NCBI GenBank assembly: GCA_001661245.1
Contig: KV454013.1
Span: forward strand, 1,396,502 to 1,460,501
DNA length: 64,000 nucleotides
Origin: Pachysolen tannophilus NRRL Y-2460
Lineage: Eukaryota
Reading direction: 5' to 3'
The translations under genes and the position numbers were made by a program. Below are positions 1-9,272 of the stretch, piece after piece. The notes under the pieces were generated by a model. That model was not told where the DNA came from. It saw only the letters and a list, made by a program, of their open reading frames with translations, and did no database searches. The first letter of the stretch is position 1; every line of letters begins with the position of its first letter.

Positions 1-1852
1 CAACCTTCATCTTTATGGGGAAATCTAAGTCGTTTCCGAAATAATCTAGAGATTTCAAATTACATCTAAAATGATATTCTCCTATTGTTGGTGGTGTTGT
101 TGCTTGTAATTGTAATTTAAAAGTTCCAACAATTAAATTACCATCATTTAAAAATTGTTTGTTATCTTTATTTAAATTTTGGAAAGAAAGATTTGTTATA
201 CGAGCTGGTAAATCTGATAATTTATTATCTCTTTGTAAAATTAATGAACAATACCATCCATTATGTTGTCTATTTTTGATAGGGAAAAATGGTGCATTTG
301 TTGGTGGAATAGGAGGTTGTTCAGAAACTATTTTGAATGGGTTTTTCAATGATTCTAAAGTTTCTTCTTCTATTAATGATTCTTTATTTAAAATAATTTG
401 ACCTTTTTGCAGTGGTGATTTAATTAAAATTTTTAATACTAAATGTGCATGTGATGATGGAGTAACAATTTTTTCTCCTGGAACTTTAAATTCTGCAGAA
501 ATTAATTTAATAATTGGAAATTTTTTACCAATTTCAATAATTTCTTGAAATTTATTATCATCTTGAATATTTAAAAAATTTTTTTGTTCAAAATCTGCTA
601 AATTAAAAAATTTTTCTAATGTATAACATTCAATTTTTTTATCTATTTTATCCAATTCAACATATGGTAATTGTAAAAAATGATGATATTTTTTGGAAAC
701 TGTTGGATTTACTGCTTGAATTATACATTTGTTTGTTTCAATTGCCTTTGATACTATATCATTACTACGAAATGTTGCAGCAATTTCAATTAAACCATCT
801 ATTAATATTGGTACCATTGAAACTATTCTTAAAGTTTTATCTAAATCTTTTGAATTAATTTCCAAGAAATTTCTATTTATATAATCTTGAATTAAAAAAT
901 AAAAATTTTCCAGAGAATCATTAGGATATAATAATTGAAATTCTTTTGATTCACTAATCCATTTTAAAATTGTATTTATTTTCACCACTTCTGCTGGATT
1001 ATTATTCATTAATTTAGAAACAAAATTTGCTGCAGTATCAACATGAATTCCCAGTTTTGTATAAGATTTAACATTATTCCACCATAATGAAACACTAATA
1101 GGTAAGAGTAAAACAAAACTCAGAGCATAAAATAATGTCAAGATCCATGAATATTGACCTTCAACAAACCATTTTGGTAATGCAATACCATGGGTAACTT
1201 GTTGAGGACCATCTGGGTGTCCATATTTTTCATAATTGGCTCTAGTAACTTCATCCGTTAATGCTTTATATGCTTTATTTATCAATACAAATCTTGATTC
1301 CAATTCTTTCTTATCCAGCTCTGAAGTATCTCTTGAAATCTTATCCGGATGAAATTTCAAAGAAAGTTTCCTATAATGAGACTTGATCTCCTTTTCTGTA
1401 GCTGAAGACGATATATCTAAAATTTCAAACGGATCAAATCCACCACTAGAAAATCCTGCAAGACCAGAAGTACCAGTACCGCCAGTACCGCCTGAAGCAC
1501 CCGAGGCACTACCGCCGCTGCTGCCACCGCCGCCACTCGTACTAACAGCATATTGAACAACCAGTGATATAAGCACAATTAAAACACAAAGAACAAAAAA
1601 TTTCCTACTGAAAACTTTTGATTTCTTTGCACCAGATTCAAATTTCTTTAAATTCTTATCAATTGGAGTCTTGTAATTATCAAATTTTTTTTTAATATAA
1701 TCTTTATCATCTTCTTTTGCCCTTTGTGAACCAGCGAAAAAATTGGCAATATAAGAATAAAATAAAGGAATCGTAATAACAATTAAAATACTCAAGACAA
1801 AGTACGGCCACACTTGAGCATTCTCATCATAGGCATACCTCGAATCACCCAT
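1..1852 (-). CDS. SEC63: Sec63, ER translocon J-domain subunit (3' end runs off the left edge of the window)
   Basis: Manual translation from the ATG at 1852: MGDSRYAYDENAQVWPYFVL..., J-domain FDPFEILDISSSATEKEIKSHYRKLSLKFHPDK, YEKYGHPDGPQQVTHGIALPKW, and ...SLDYFGNDLDFPIKMKV at the edge. Not in the ORF track because no stop codon lies in the window. Confidence 0.96.
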   Translation of the reverse strand, partial: MGDSRYAYDENAQVWPYFVLSILIVITIPLFYSYIANFFAGSQRAKEDDKDYIKKKFDNYKTPIDKNLKKFESGAKKSKVFSRKFFVLCVLIVLISLVVQYAVSTSGGGGSSGGSASGASGGTGGTGTSGLAGFSSGGFDPFEILDISSSATEKEIKSHYRKLSLKFHPDKISRDTSELDKKELESRFVLINKAYKALTDEVTRANYEKYGHPDGPQQVTHGIALPKWFVEGQYSWILTLFYALSFVLLLPISVSLWWNNVKSYTKLGIHVDTAANFVSKLMNNNPAEVVKINTILKWISESKEFQLLYPNDSLENFYFLIQDYINRNFLEINSKDLDKTLRIVSMVPILIDGLIEIAATFRSNDIVSKAIETNKCIIQAVNPTVSKKYHHFLQLPYVELDKIDKKIECYTLEKFFNLADFEQKNFLNIQDDNKFQEIIEIGKKFPIIKLISAEFKVPGEKIVTPSSHAHLVLKILIKSPLQKGQIILNKESLIEEETLESLKNPFKIVSEQPPIPPTNAPFFPIKNRQHNGWYCSLILQRDNKLSDLPARITNLSFQNLNKDNKQFLNDGNLIVGTFKLQLQATTPPTIGEYHFRCNLKSLDYFGNDLDFPIKMKV

Positions 1853-2456
1853 TTCCTTATCTTCAATCAATCACTCAATCAATCACTTAGTATCACAATA
1901 TTTCAGTTATATTTTACTATAGAAAAAACCCTCTTGTTTCCTCTTCCGCTTCTTTCGTCAAGAAAACTTTTTCTCTTTTTCTCCAACGTGTTATTTGTAT
2001 TATTGTGCACGACCTTGGTGTTTTTTGGGTGCTGGGGAACCCCTTGTAATTTGTTAAGTTTACAAAGTGTTTTAGTTTCAAACTTGTATAGTTGTTAAAA
2101 CAAACATTCTACTTTATAACTTGATTATAAATTACAATTGTTATTGATATTAGAATCAATCTAATCTAATCTAATCTATATAGATATAGATATAGATATA
2201 GATATTGTTAAATCAATTGTCTTTTTGTTTTTTGTAACAGTGTGTTCATTTGATCGTGTGTGTAATGCTAAATTCCCATTTTAGGAAACTGTTTTTTCAA
2301 TTTTGTAGTATCAAAAAATTAAAAAAAAAAATTAAAAAAATTTTTATTTTTTTCGGTTTTGAAATAACGTAATTTGTTTTAAAAGTGTTAATTGTATATT
2401 GTGGGTTTTTAATTTCAATCTATTGGCGGTAGAGGTCAAGGTGATTTTTTTATAAG

Positions 2457-4361
2457 ATGAGTTATAGAGGAAGAGGCGGAAGAGGCGGCAGATCTGGGTA
2501 TGGTAATGGTGGTGCTAATACGTTGCCGAATCAGTCGACTATAAACAATTTTGTGCAGCAGAATTTGATTCCCGTAGAGATTAAAAATTGGAATAATGCA
2601 ACAAAAGATGATCTTGTTTCATTTATAAGTAGGAAAACAAGAATATCATTACAACAAGTTTCGGTGGATCAATCCACTGGTGCTGTGATTGGGTATGTGA
2701 AAAATCAGAAGGAAGCTGAAGATTTATGTAATTGGACTGGAGTAAAATTTGCTGGTCAATCTTTACGTATAAATTTATCATCAATTAATAATGGATTAAA
2801 TAATTCAAATATTGGTATAAATCCAGGTACTTCATCAACAATTGATGCTTTAAAAGAATTTTTAAGAACAAGGTATAATCCTAATTTGAAAATGTTGGAT
2901 TTAACAAATATGATGAATGATCAAGTTTTAATGAATCGAGGATTATTAGGTAATTCAACAACTTCAAGTACTTCTTCAAAAATGTTTACAGCTTTAATGA
3001 AATTAGCTTCACAAGATATATCAATAATAGTAGAAACTGTTAATTTATCAAATAATAATTTTAATGATTTAAATTCAGGAATTTCAATTTTAGGTACAAC
3101 TTTCCCTCATTTATTAAATTTATCATTAGAAAATAATAAAATTTCAAAATTAAAATTTTTTGAAAATTGGAAAAATAAATTTAATAATTTAAGAGAACTT
3201 GTATTAATTAATAATCCAATTTCTTCAATTAATAATTATCATTTTGAAATTATGAAATTTTTCCCTAAATTAATATTATTGGATGGACAATATTTAAGAG
3301 ATGAAACAAAATTATTAAAAATTTATCAATTTCCAGTATTAAATACTCCAATGTTTTTCGAAAATCAAGAAATTCAAAATATTTCAACAAATTTTATTTC
3401 TAATTATTTAAAATTATGGGATTCAAATAGATTAGAATTATTACAATTATATTCATCACCAGAATCTCAATTTTCTTTACAAGTTGATACAACTGCTCCT
3501 TCAAAATTATCAAGTACAAGTTCAGAACATACTTCAAATTCATATTGGGCATATTATTTTTCAAATTCAAGAAATTTATTAAGAATTTCAAATGAAAGAT
3601 CAAGAATGTCAAGATTATTTAAAGGTTCTGAAAAAATTTCAAAAATATTTAATTCATTACCAAAGACAAAACATTCAATTTTAGAAAATCCAAATTTTTA
3701 TTCTATAGAAAGTTGGTCTTATCCACAAATAAATGGAATAATAATAACTATACATGGAGAATTTGAAGAAATTGGTATTCCAGAAACTACAAATGCCCCA
3801 TCTGGTCCAAGAAGTAATTCTCATTTTAGAGGCGGCCATTCAAATAATGCTAGAGGAACACTAGCAAAAAGATCTTTTGATAGAACTTTTGTTGTGGTTC
3901 AAGTACCAAATGGTTCAATGATTATAGCATCTGATTTGTTATTAATAAAACCTTATGCAGGTTATGAATCTTGGAATAGTAAAAATATCAATAATCCAAA
4001 ACAAGAAGTACAAGCACAGTTAAATCCTCAAGAGCCACAACAAATAAACATTAATAATCAAGTATTACCACCACCAGCTATAGCAGTGACTGGAACTCCA
4101 CCTCCAGGGCAACAACAACAACAACAACAACAACAACAGCAACAACAACGATCAATGCTATTACAACAGCAAGTTCCAAACGATATATTATCGAAATTGT
4201 CTATACAGCAGCAGCAATTACTAGCTAGGATCTTTGAAGAAACAAAGCTAAATGGAGAGTATTCGTTGATGTTGTGCCAACAAAGTAACTGGGATTATAA
4301 TCTGTGTTTACAAAGTTTTAAAAATTCACAAGGTAATATTCCACCAAGTGCTTATCAGTAG
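2457..4361 (+). CDS. MEX67: mRNA export factor Mex67 (RGG N-terminus, LRR, NTF2-like and UBA/TAP-C domains)
   Basis: FLRTRYNPNLKMLDL, LRR LSLENNKI/LRELVLINNP, NTF2 ITIHGEFEE/RSFDRTFVV/IASDLL, C-terminal TKLNGEYSLMLCQQSNWDY...IPPSAY. Confidence 0.95.
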   Translation: MSYRGRGGRGGRSGYGNGGANTLPNQSTINNFVQQNLIPVEIKNWNNATKDDLVSFISRKTRISLQQVSVDQSTGAVIGYVKNQKEAEDLCNWTGVKFAGQSLRINLSSINNGLNNSNIGINPGTSSTIDALKEFLRTRYNPNLKMLDLTNMMNDQVLMNRGLLGNSTTSSTSSKMFTALMKLASQDISIIVETVNLSNNNFNDLNSGISILGTTFPHLLNLSLENNKISKLKFFENWKNKFNNLRELVLINNPISSINNYHFEIMKFFPKLILLDGQYLRDETKLLKIYQFPVLNTPMFFENQEIQNISTNFISNYLKLWDSNRLELLQLYSSPESQFSLQVDTTAPSKLSSTSSEHTSNSYWAYYFSNSRNLLRISNERSRMSRLFKGSEKISKIFNSLPKTKHSILENPNFYSIESWSYPQINGIIITIHGEFEEIGIPETTNAPSGPRSNSHFRGGHSNNARGTLAKRSFDRTFVVVQVPNGSMIIASDLLLIKPYAGYESWNSKNINNPKQEVQAQLNPQEPQQININNQVLPPPAIAVTGTPPPGQQQQQQQQQQQQQRSMLLQQQVPNDILSKLSIQQQQLLARIFEETKLNGEYSLMLCQQSNWDYNLCLQSFKNSQGNIPPSAYQ

Positions 4362-4796
4362 TAATAATACTTGATTTCAAAAATAATACAAACAATTATT
4401 TTTCTAAAAAAAAAATAATAATAAAATATTAATATGTCTCGTTAACTCGTATATAGTCTAATAAAAAGTGAGAGTAAAAAGTTTTTTATTTGTTTATAAA
4501 ATAAACTGTCATTGTATATATCATTTTTTAAAATGTTTTCAAAAATTCAATATTTATTCATTTATATTGAACCCACCTTGGAGTCAAAGAAACTCATCAT
4601 AAAAAATAAAAAAAAAATAATCTCTAAAGAAAAATTCTATTCTTTAATTCAACTAAGGCTAAGTGACCATTTGAAATTAAGGAACGCCCAGCTCAACTTC
4701 AAGAAGAAATAATAATAATAAGTAAATAAAAATAATTTAAAAATAGTCAAGCCTATCAATTTCACTTCCAACCTCGATATTTTTGTAGGGAAGTAT

Positions 4797-4916
4797 TCAC
4801 GCAATAACACAACTGTAAGTAGTCAAGTACTTGCCATCGTAAAGAGCATTGTCAGCATTGTCCTTGTTCTTTTCAGATGGAGCAGCAGTTGAAATAAGTG
4901 GGTTTGATGGTTGCAT
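4797..4916 (-). CDS. MFA: a-factor-type mating pheromone precursor, copy 1 (39 aa)
   Basis: Translates to MQPSNPLISTAAPSEKNKDNADNALYDGKYLTTYSCVIA*. It has an MQPS start, an AAP..EK..KDN pro-region and a CVIA CAAX box, as in S. cerevisiae Mfa1. A near-identical second copy lies at 6143. Confidence 0.93.
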   Translation of the reverse strand: MQPSNPLISTAAPSEKNKDNADNALYDGKYLTTYSCVIA

Positions 4917-6142
4917 TATTGTTATATTTAAATAATTTAAAAGAATGTATTTTTTATATCTTTTTCCTTTAGTTGTTTAATAATTTATTTTCAACGTATG
5001 AACATTGTTTGTGATCAACAATGAGGAACATGATTCTTATTTATACGTTCTTCATTTTCGGCTTGTGTAAGTTTTACTTTATCCCTTCCACTTAACTTAG
5101 TATGATTTTTCTATTTCCCTGAGATTGGATGCATATTAGTTTCATTTAATTTAACTTTAACAAGATATCCCAACCAACCTTTAAAAGTGTTTGGATCAAA
5201 GGAATATAAAATCTTTCATGCTGGAATATTATATTATAACCTCAAAAACTTTTTACCTTATATATATGATGTTTGATTTAGTGATGATTAATTGATATGA
5301 AACAAGGCTTCTTCAAACAAGCTTTTATCTTCACCTCTCTGTCCTTAGCTATCTCTTTACTCATTCAGAATCAATTTGCAAGCATAAAAGCTTGAAACGA
5401 TTCTTTACAATGTTTGAAAGATAATTTGAAATGAAAAAATGAAATTTCCTCATTAGGACAACACAATTGAATTTTGTTGTAGTGGAGATGCATGATTATG
5501 CATACGAATCATAATATGGTAAATTCTAAATAACAAATACAGATGAGAATCTAATGTTATCATCGACAACAAAGTATAGAGGAAAAGTTTAGATTTCTAA
5601 AGAAAGTTTTTAAGAATTTGAGGTAATTAACTTCTATGGTTTCCAATAATTTAGAATAAAATTGCATTTTTTTTAAAAAAAAAAATTAAAAATATATATA
5701 TTTTTTTATTATTATTATTGTGGAAAAAGAGAAGCAAAGTATTAAACTTGAGGATTTATAATGTACATTAATTTAGTCAAGATTGATGTAAATGTAATAA
5801 TAAAAACAAAACTTAGATTTAATTAATTTTTCAAAAAATTCCTCTTGAAGATTAATTAATTCCAAGTTTACACTTGAATGAAAAAAAAAAAGCGGAAAAG
5901 GGATTTCAAATCAAAACTAAGTGGATTCATCAAATTGATTAATCAAAGCCCTTGCAAAGGCAACAAAACAAGAAGAATGAAAACAATATAAATAAGACAG
6001 TAATCTTCATCAAATAAACAGAAAAAAAAAGAAAAAATAGAAACTATTCTTTACTTTCTTTATCATTCATTATCATCATATAGACTCAAAACTCTTTGAG
6101 CATACTTTTAAACTATTCCAACTATTTTTCTAGAATTCAAAC
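4917..6142. promoter_or_regulatory. Shared divergent promoter of the two MFA genes
   Basis: Mcm1-type TTTCCTCATTAGGACA at 5445-5460; PRE TGAAACA at 5298-5304 and near-PRE TGAAACG at 5393-5399; HMG-like ACAATG at 5407-5412 and ACAATT at 5463-5468; TATAAATA at 5038-5045 (minus) and 5987-5994 (plus). Confidence 0.7.
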
Positions 6143-6262
6143 ATGCAACCATCAAACGTTATTATTTCAGCTGCTGCTCCATCTGAAAAGAACAAGGACA
6201 ATGCTGACAATGCTCTTTACGATGGCAAGTACTTGACTACTTACAGTTGTGTTATTGCTTAG
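6143..6262 (+). CDS. MFA: a-factor-type mating pheromone precursor, copy 2 (39 aa)
   Basis: Translates to MQPSNVIISAAAPSEKNKDNADNALYDGKYLTTYSCVIA*. Identical to copy 1 from residue 11 onward; ends in the CVIA CAAX box. Confidence 0.93.
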   Translation: MQPSNVIISAAAPSEKNKDNADNALYDGKYLTTYSCVIA

Positions 6263-6319
6263 ATATGATGTCTTTGCTACAGTATAGGGTGGTTTTACTA
6301 CATTTCTATTTCTTTTTTT

Positions 6320-8112
6320 TTTTCTTTATGATCACTTGCAACGTGATTACTGACGAGGGGCAGGAAAAACGTCTTTTTTAATTACAAATTTCTTATTACT
6401 TACTATTTTTATTTTTTTCTTAATTACAATCTTTTAATCATTTTTAATTTAAATCTTAAAAAAAAATTTTTTTTCTTTATTTCTTTTAAGATTACATCAT
6501 GTAGAATCATTGACTGAGTAAGGTTCTTAATACATTTAATTTTCCACAGGTTCACCTCAAAAATTTATTTATAAATATATTGAATAGCAAATCTAGAGGA
6601 CTTAATGAATATTGTATTGCTTTTACAGATACATAAAAACCCACTTTTTTTTTATAAGTTATGTTCTTTGCGGGAAATAAAAGATTGATCGGAAGATTAA
6701 ATTGGATAAGCTTAGACTTCCAATCAGCTTATTGTTAGACAATATTCAATATAATAATATAATTGTATAATAAAATAAAAAAAAAACTCTCAACTCAACT
6801 CTACTCAACCGGCGGTTAAAAGAGGAAAGTAGTGCTTTAAATCACATAGTAAAAACACTAACAAATTTTTCTTTTTTCTTTTAATTTTGTCTTGTTTAGG
6901 TTTATAACAGAAAACCAGCAACTTGTTTATTTATATATTTATTTATATACATAAAATAAAAATTTTGCTTAGTGAAAATCAATTATTGTTTAATGTGGGC
7001 TTGAACCAAGCAAAGAAAAAAGTTTACTTGAATGTATTGTTCCAAGTAAACTAGACCAAACTACGGGAATCCTTGTAATAATAGTTAAGTGGAATTTATT
7101 TTTTTTATTCATGATAATCAAATATAATAATAGTGATTACAATATTTGATTATCATGATTTTTTTTTTTATTTTNNNNNNNNNNNNNNNNNNNNNNNNNN
7201 NNNNNNNNNNNNNNNNNNNNNNNNNNNNNNNNNNNNNNNNNNNNNNNNNNNNNNNNNNNNTTTTCTTTATGATCACTTGCAACGTGATTACTGACGAGGG
7301 GCAGGAAAAACGTCTTTTTTAATTACAAATTTCTTATTACTTACTATTTTTATTTTTTTCTTAATTACAATCTTTTAATCATTTTTAATTTAAATCTTAA
7401 AAAAAATTTTTTTTCTTTATTTCTTTTAAGATTACATCATGTAGAATCATTGACTGAGTAAGGTTCTTAATACATTTAATTTTCCACAGGTTCACCTCAA
7501 AAATTTATTTATAAATATATTGAATAGCAAATCTAGAGGACTTAATGAATATTGTATTGCTTTTACAGATACATAAAAACCCACTTTTTTTTTATAAGTT
7601 ATGTTCTTTGCGGGAAATAAAAGATTGATCGGAAGATTAAATTGGATAAGCTTAGACTTCCAATCAGCTTATTGTTAGACAATATTCAATATAATAATAT
7701 AATTGTATAATAAAATAAAAAAAAACTCTCAACTCAACTCTACTCAACCGGCGGTTAAAAGAGGAAAGTAGTGCTTTAAATCACATAGTAAAAACACTAA
7801 CAAATTTTTCTTTTTTCTTTTAATTTTGTCTTGTTTAGGTTTATAACAGAAAACCAGCAACTTGTTTATTTATATATTTATTTATATACATAAAATAAAA
7901 ATTTTGCTTAGTGAAAATCAATTATTGTTTAATGTGGGCTTGAACCAAGCAAAGAAAAAAGTTTACTTGAATGTATTGTTCCAAGTAAACTAGACCAAAC
8001 TACGGGAATCCTTGTAATAATAGTTAAGTGGAATTTATTTTTTTTATTCATGATAATCAAATATAATAATAGTGATTACAATATTTGATTATCATGATTT
8101 TTTTTTTATTTT
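6320..8112. repeat. ~850 bp direct duplication (about 6320-7174 and 7261-8112) either side of an N-gap (7175-7260); probable scaffolding artefact
   Basis: By eye, the two copies differ only in homopolymer lengths, and both abut the gap. Confidence 0.85.
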
Positions 8113-9272
8113 AAACCTAAACTAAATTTGATCATCAAAGATCAATATTTCCGTTTAACTTAGCGATATATTATAAGAATAAGTAATATAAAAAAAAATT
8201 TAAAGATCGATCGAGGATCATTAAAAAATCAATATCAAAATAAAAGAAAAAACCAAACTAACTGACTGCATTGGCGCATTAAAGAGATTCAAAATAAACC
8301 TGATCCCCCACCCGATTCATGCGTAGTTGGTGTGGAAACCATTAGAAAAATAACAATTTTTTAAAAGTTCGATCTTTACTGGTTTTTTTGAGAGCCAACG
8401 TGTTTTTTCAAAAGAGCTTAACCCTCGGAGGGCTTCCCAATTAGGAAAAATGTAAATTTTAAAAATTTTATTTTTTTTTATTTTCCCTTTTCTTTAGTAC
8501 TTCAAATTTTTCCAATTGTGCATACAAACACGCTAAAAAAAAACAGGATTTTACTAGATAAGTTTTGATCTTGAAAATATAATTAATCTGAGATTAAAAT
8601 CTTTTTTGGAAATTTCCTTTTTCTTCTTTTTCCAATTGTAATGATAAGCCTTTCTCTTTTAAAAAGTTTGCTTAATTGCTTGTAAATCACCCAATCATTT
8701 AAATCAATTACAAGGTTTTTTTTTTCAAATTCTTTCTTTCTTTAAGAGACGGCTGGTTTTTAGTACACAATAAAAAAAATGGTAGAATATAATTATGCAT
8801 GTTAATGCGGGCGTCTGCCTTTGTATCTGCAATAAGCGAAACTTAATATTTTGATTTAGATCAAAATACGATCTTAAAAACCAGCCATATGCATTAATAG
8901 GTCTATTTCTTGCAGTTGAGCCCAGATTTCCGTGACGCGCAATCAGATTTTTTGTTCAATTGGCGAACAATTTCCAGTTATAAACAAATTGAATCCCAGC
9001 CATCTATCTAGCTTTAAGATTTGTTAAAAGCCTTTTGCGAGAAATTATTAAGTAAAAAAAGTCTTTGTTCGGGCTCAATCATTCGTTTAATTATACAGGA
9101 AAGAGTAATATAAATAAACTCTTGTTCCCATCATCTCGAGTTTATTAAGAACAATCCGACAATCAAAAGAAAAGAAAGAGGTTTGTCTTTTTTTTTTACT
9201 TCTTCTTCTTTTTGTTTTTGTTTTCAATTTTTTATCAATTCAATTTTGTGAACTAAAAATAAAAACGGAAAA

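Noticed and set aside
159..2098. Short plus-strand ORFs at 159, 619 and 1814, and the many other short nested ORFs in the track
   Set aside because: They are antisense or off-frame shadows of real genes (here SEC63) or low-complexity poly-A/T translations, many with non-ATG starts.
4797..6262. Inverted repeat as transposon terminal repeats or a MAT flip-flop repeat
   Set aside because: The repeat coincides with two CAAX-ending ORFs, and the spacer has no transposase or MAT genes.
6331..6343. Abf1-like ATCAC-N5-ACG (also at 41247-41259)
   Set aside because: Both lie just downstream of stop codons, the consensus is loose, and Abf1 presence in this lineage is uncertain.
6320..8112. 850-bp direct repeat as an LTR pair or real tandem duplication
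   Set aside because: No TG...CA termini, target-site duplication or internal coding sequence. The copies abut an N-gap and differ only in homopolymers, typical of unmerged contig overlap; the same pattern occurs at the second gap.
4362..9272. Long apparently gene-free region as a centromere
   Set aside because: It is explained by two MFA genes, their promoter, a duplicated artefact and the adhesin promoter. No CDE elements or retroelements seen.
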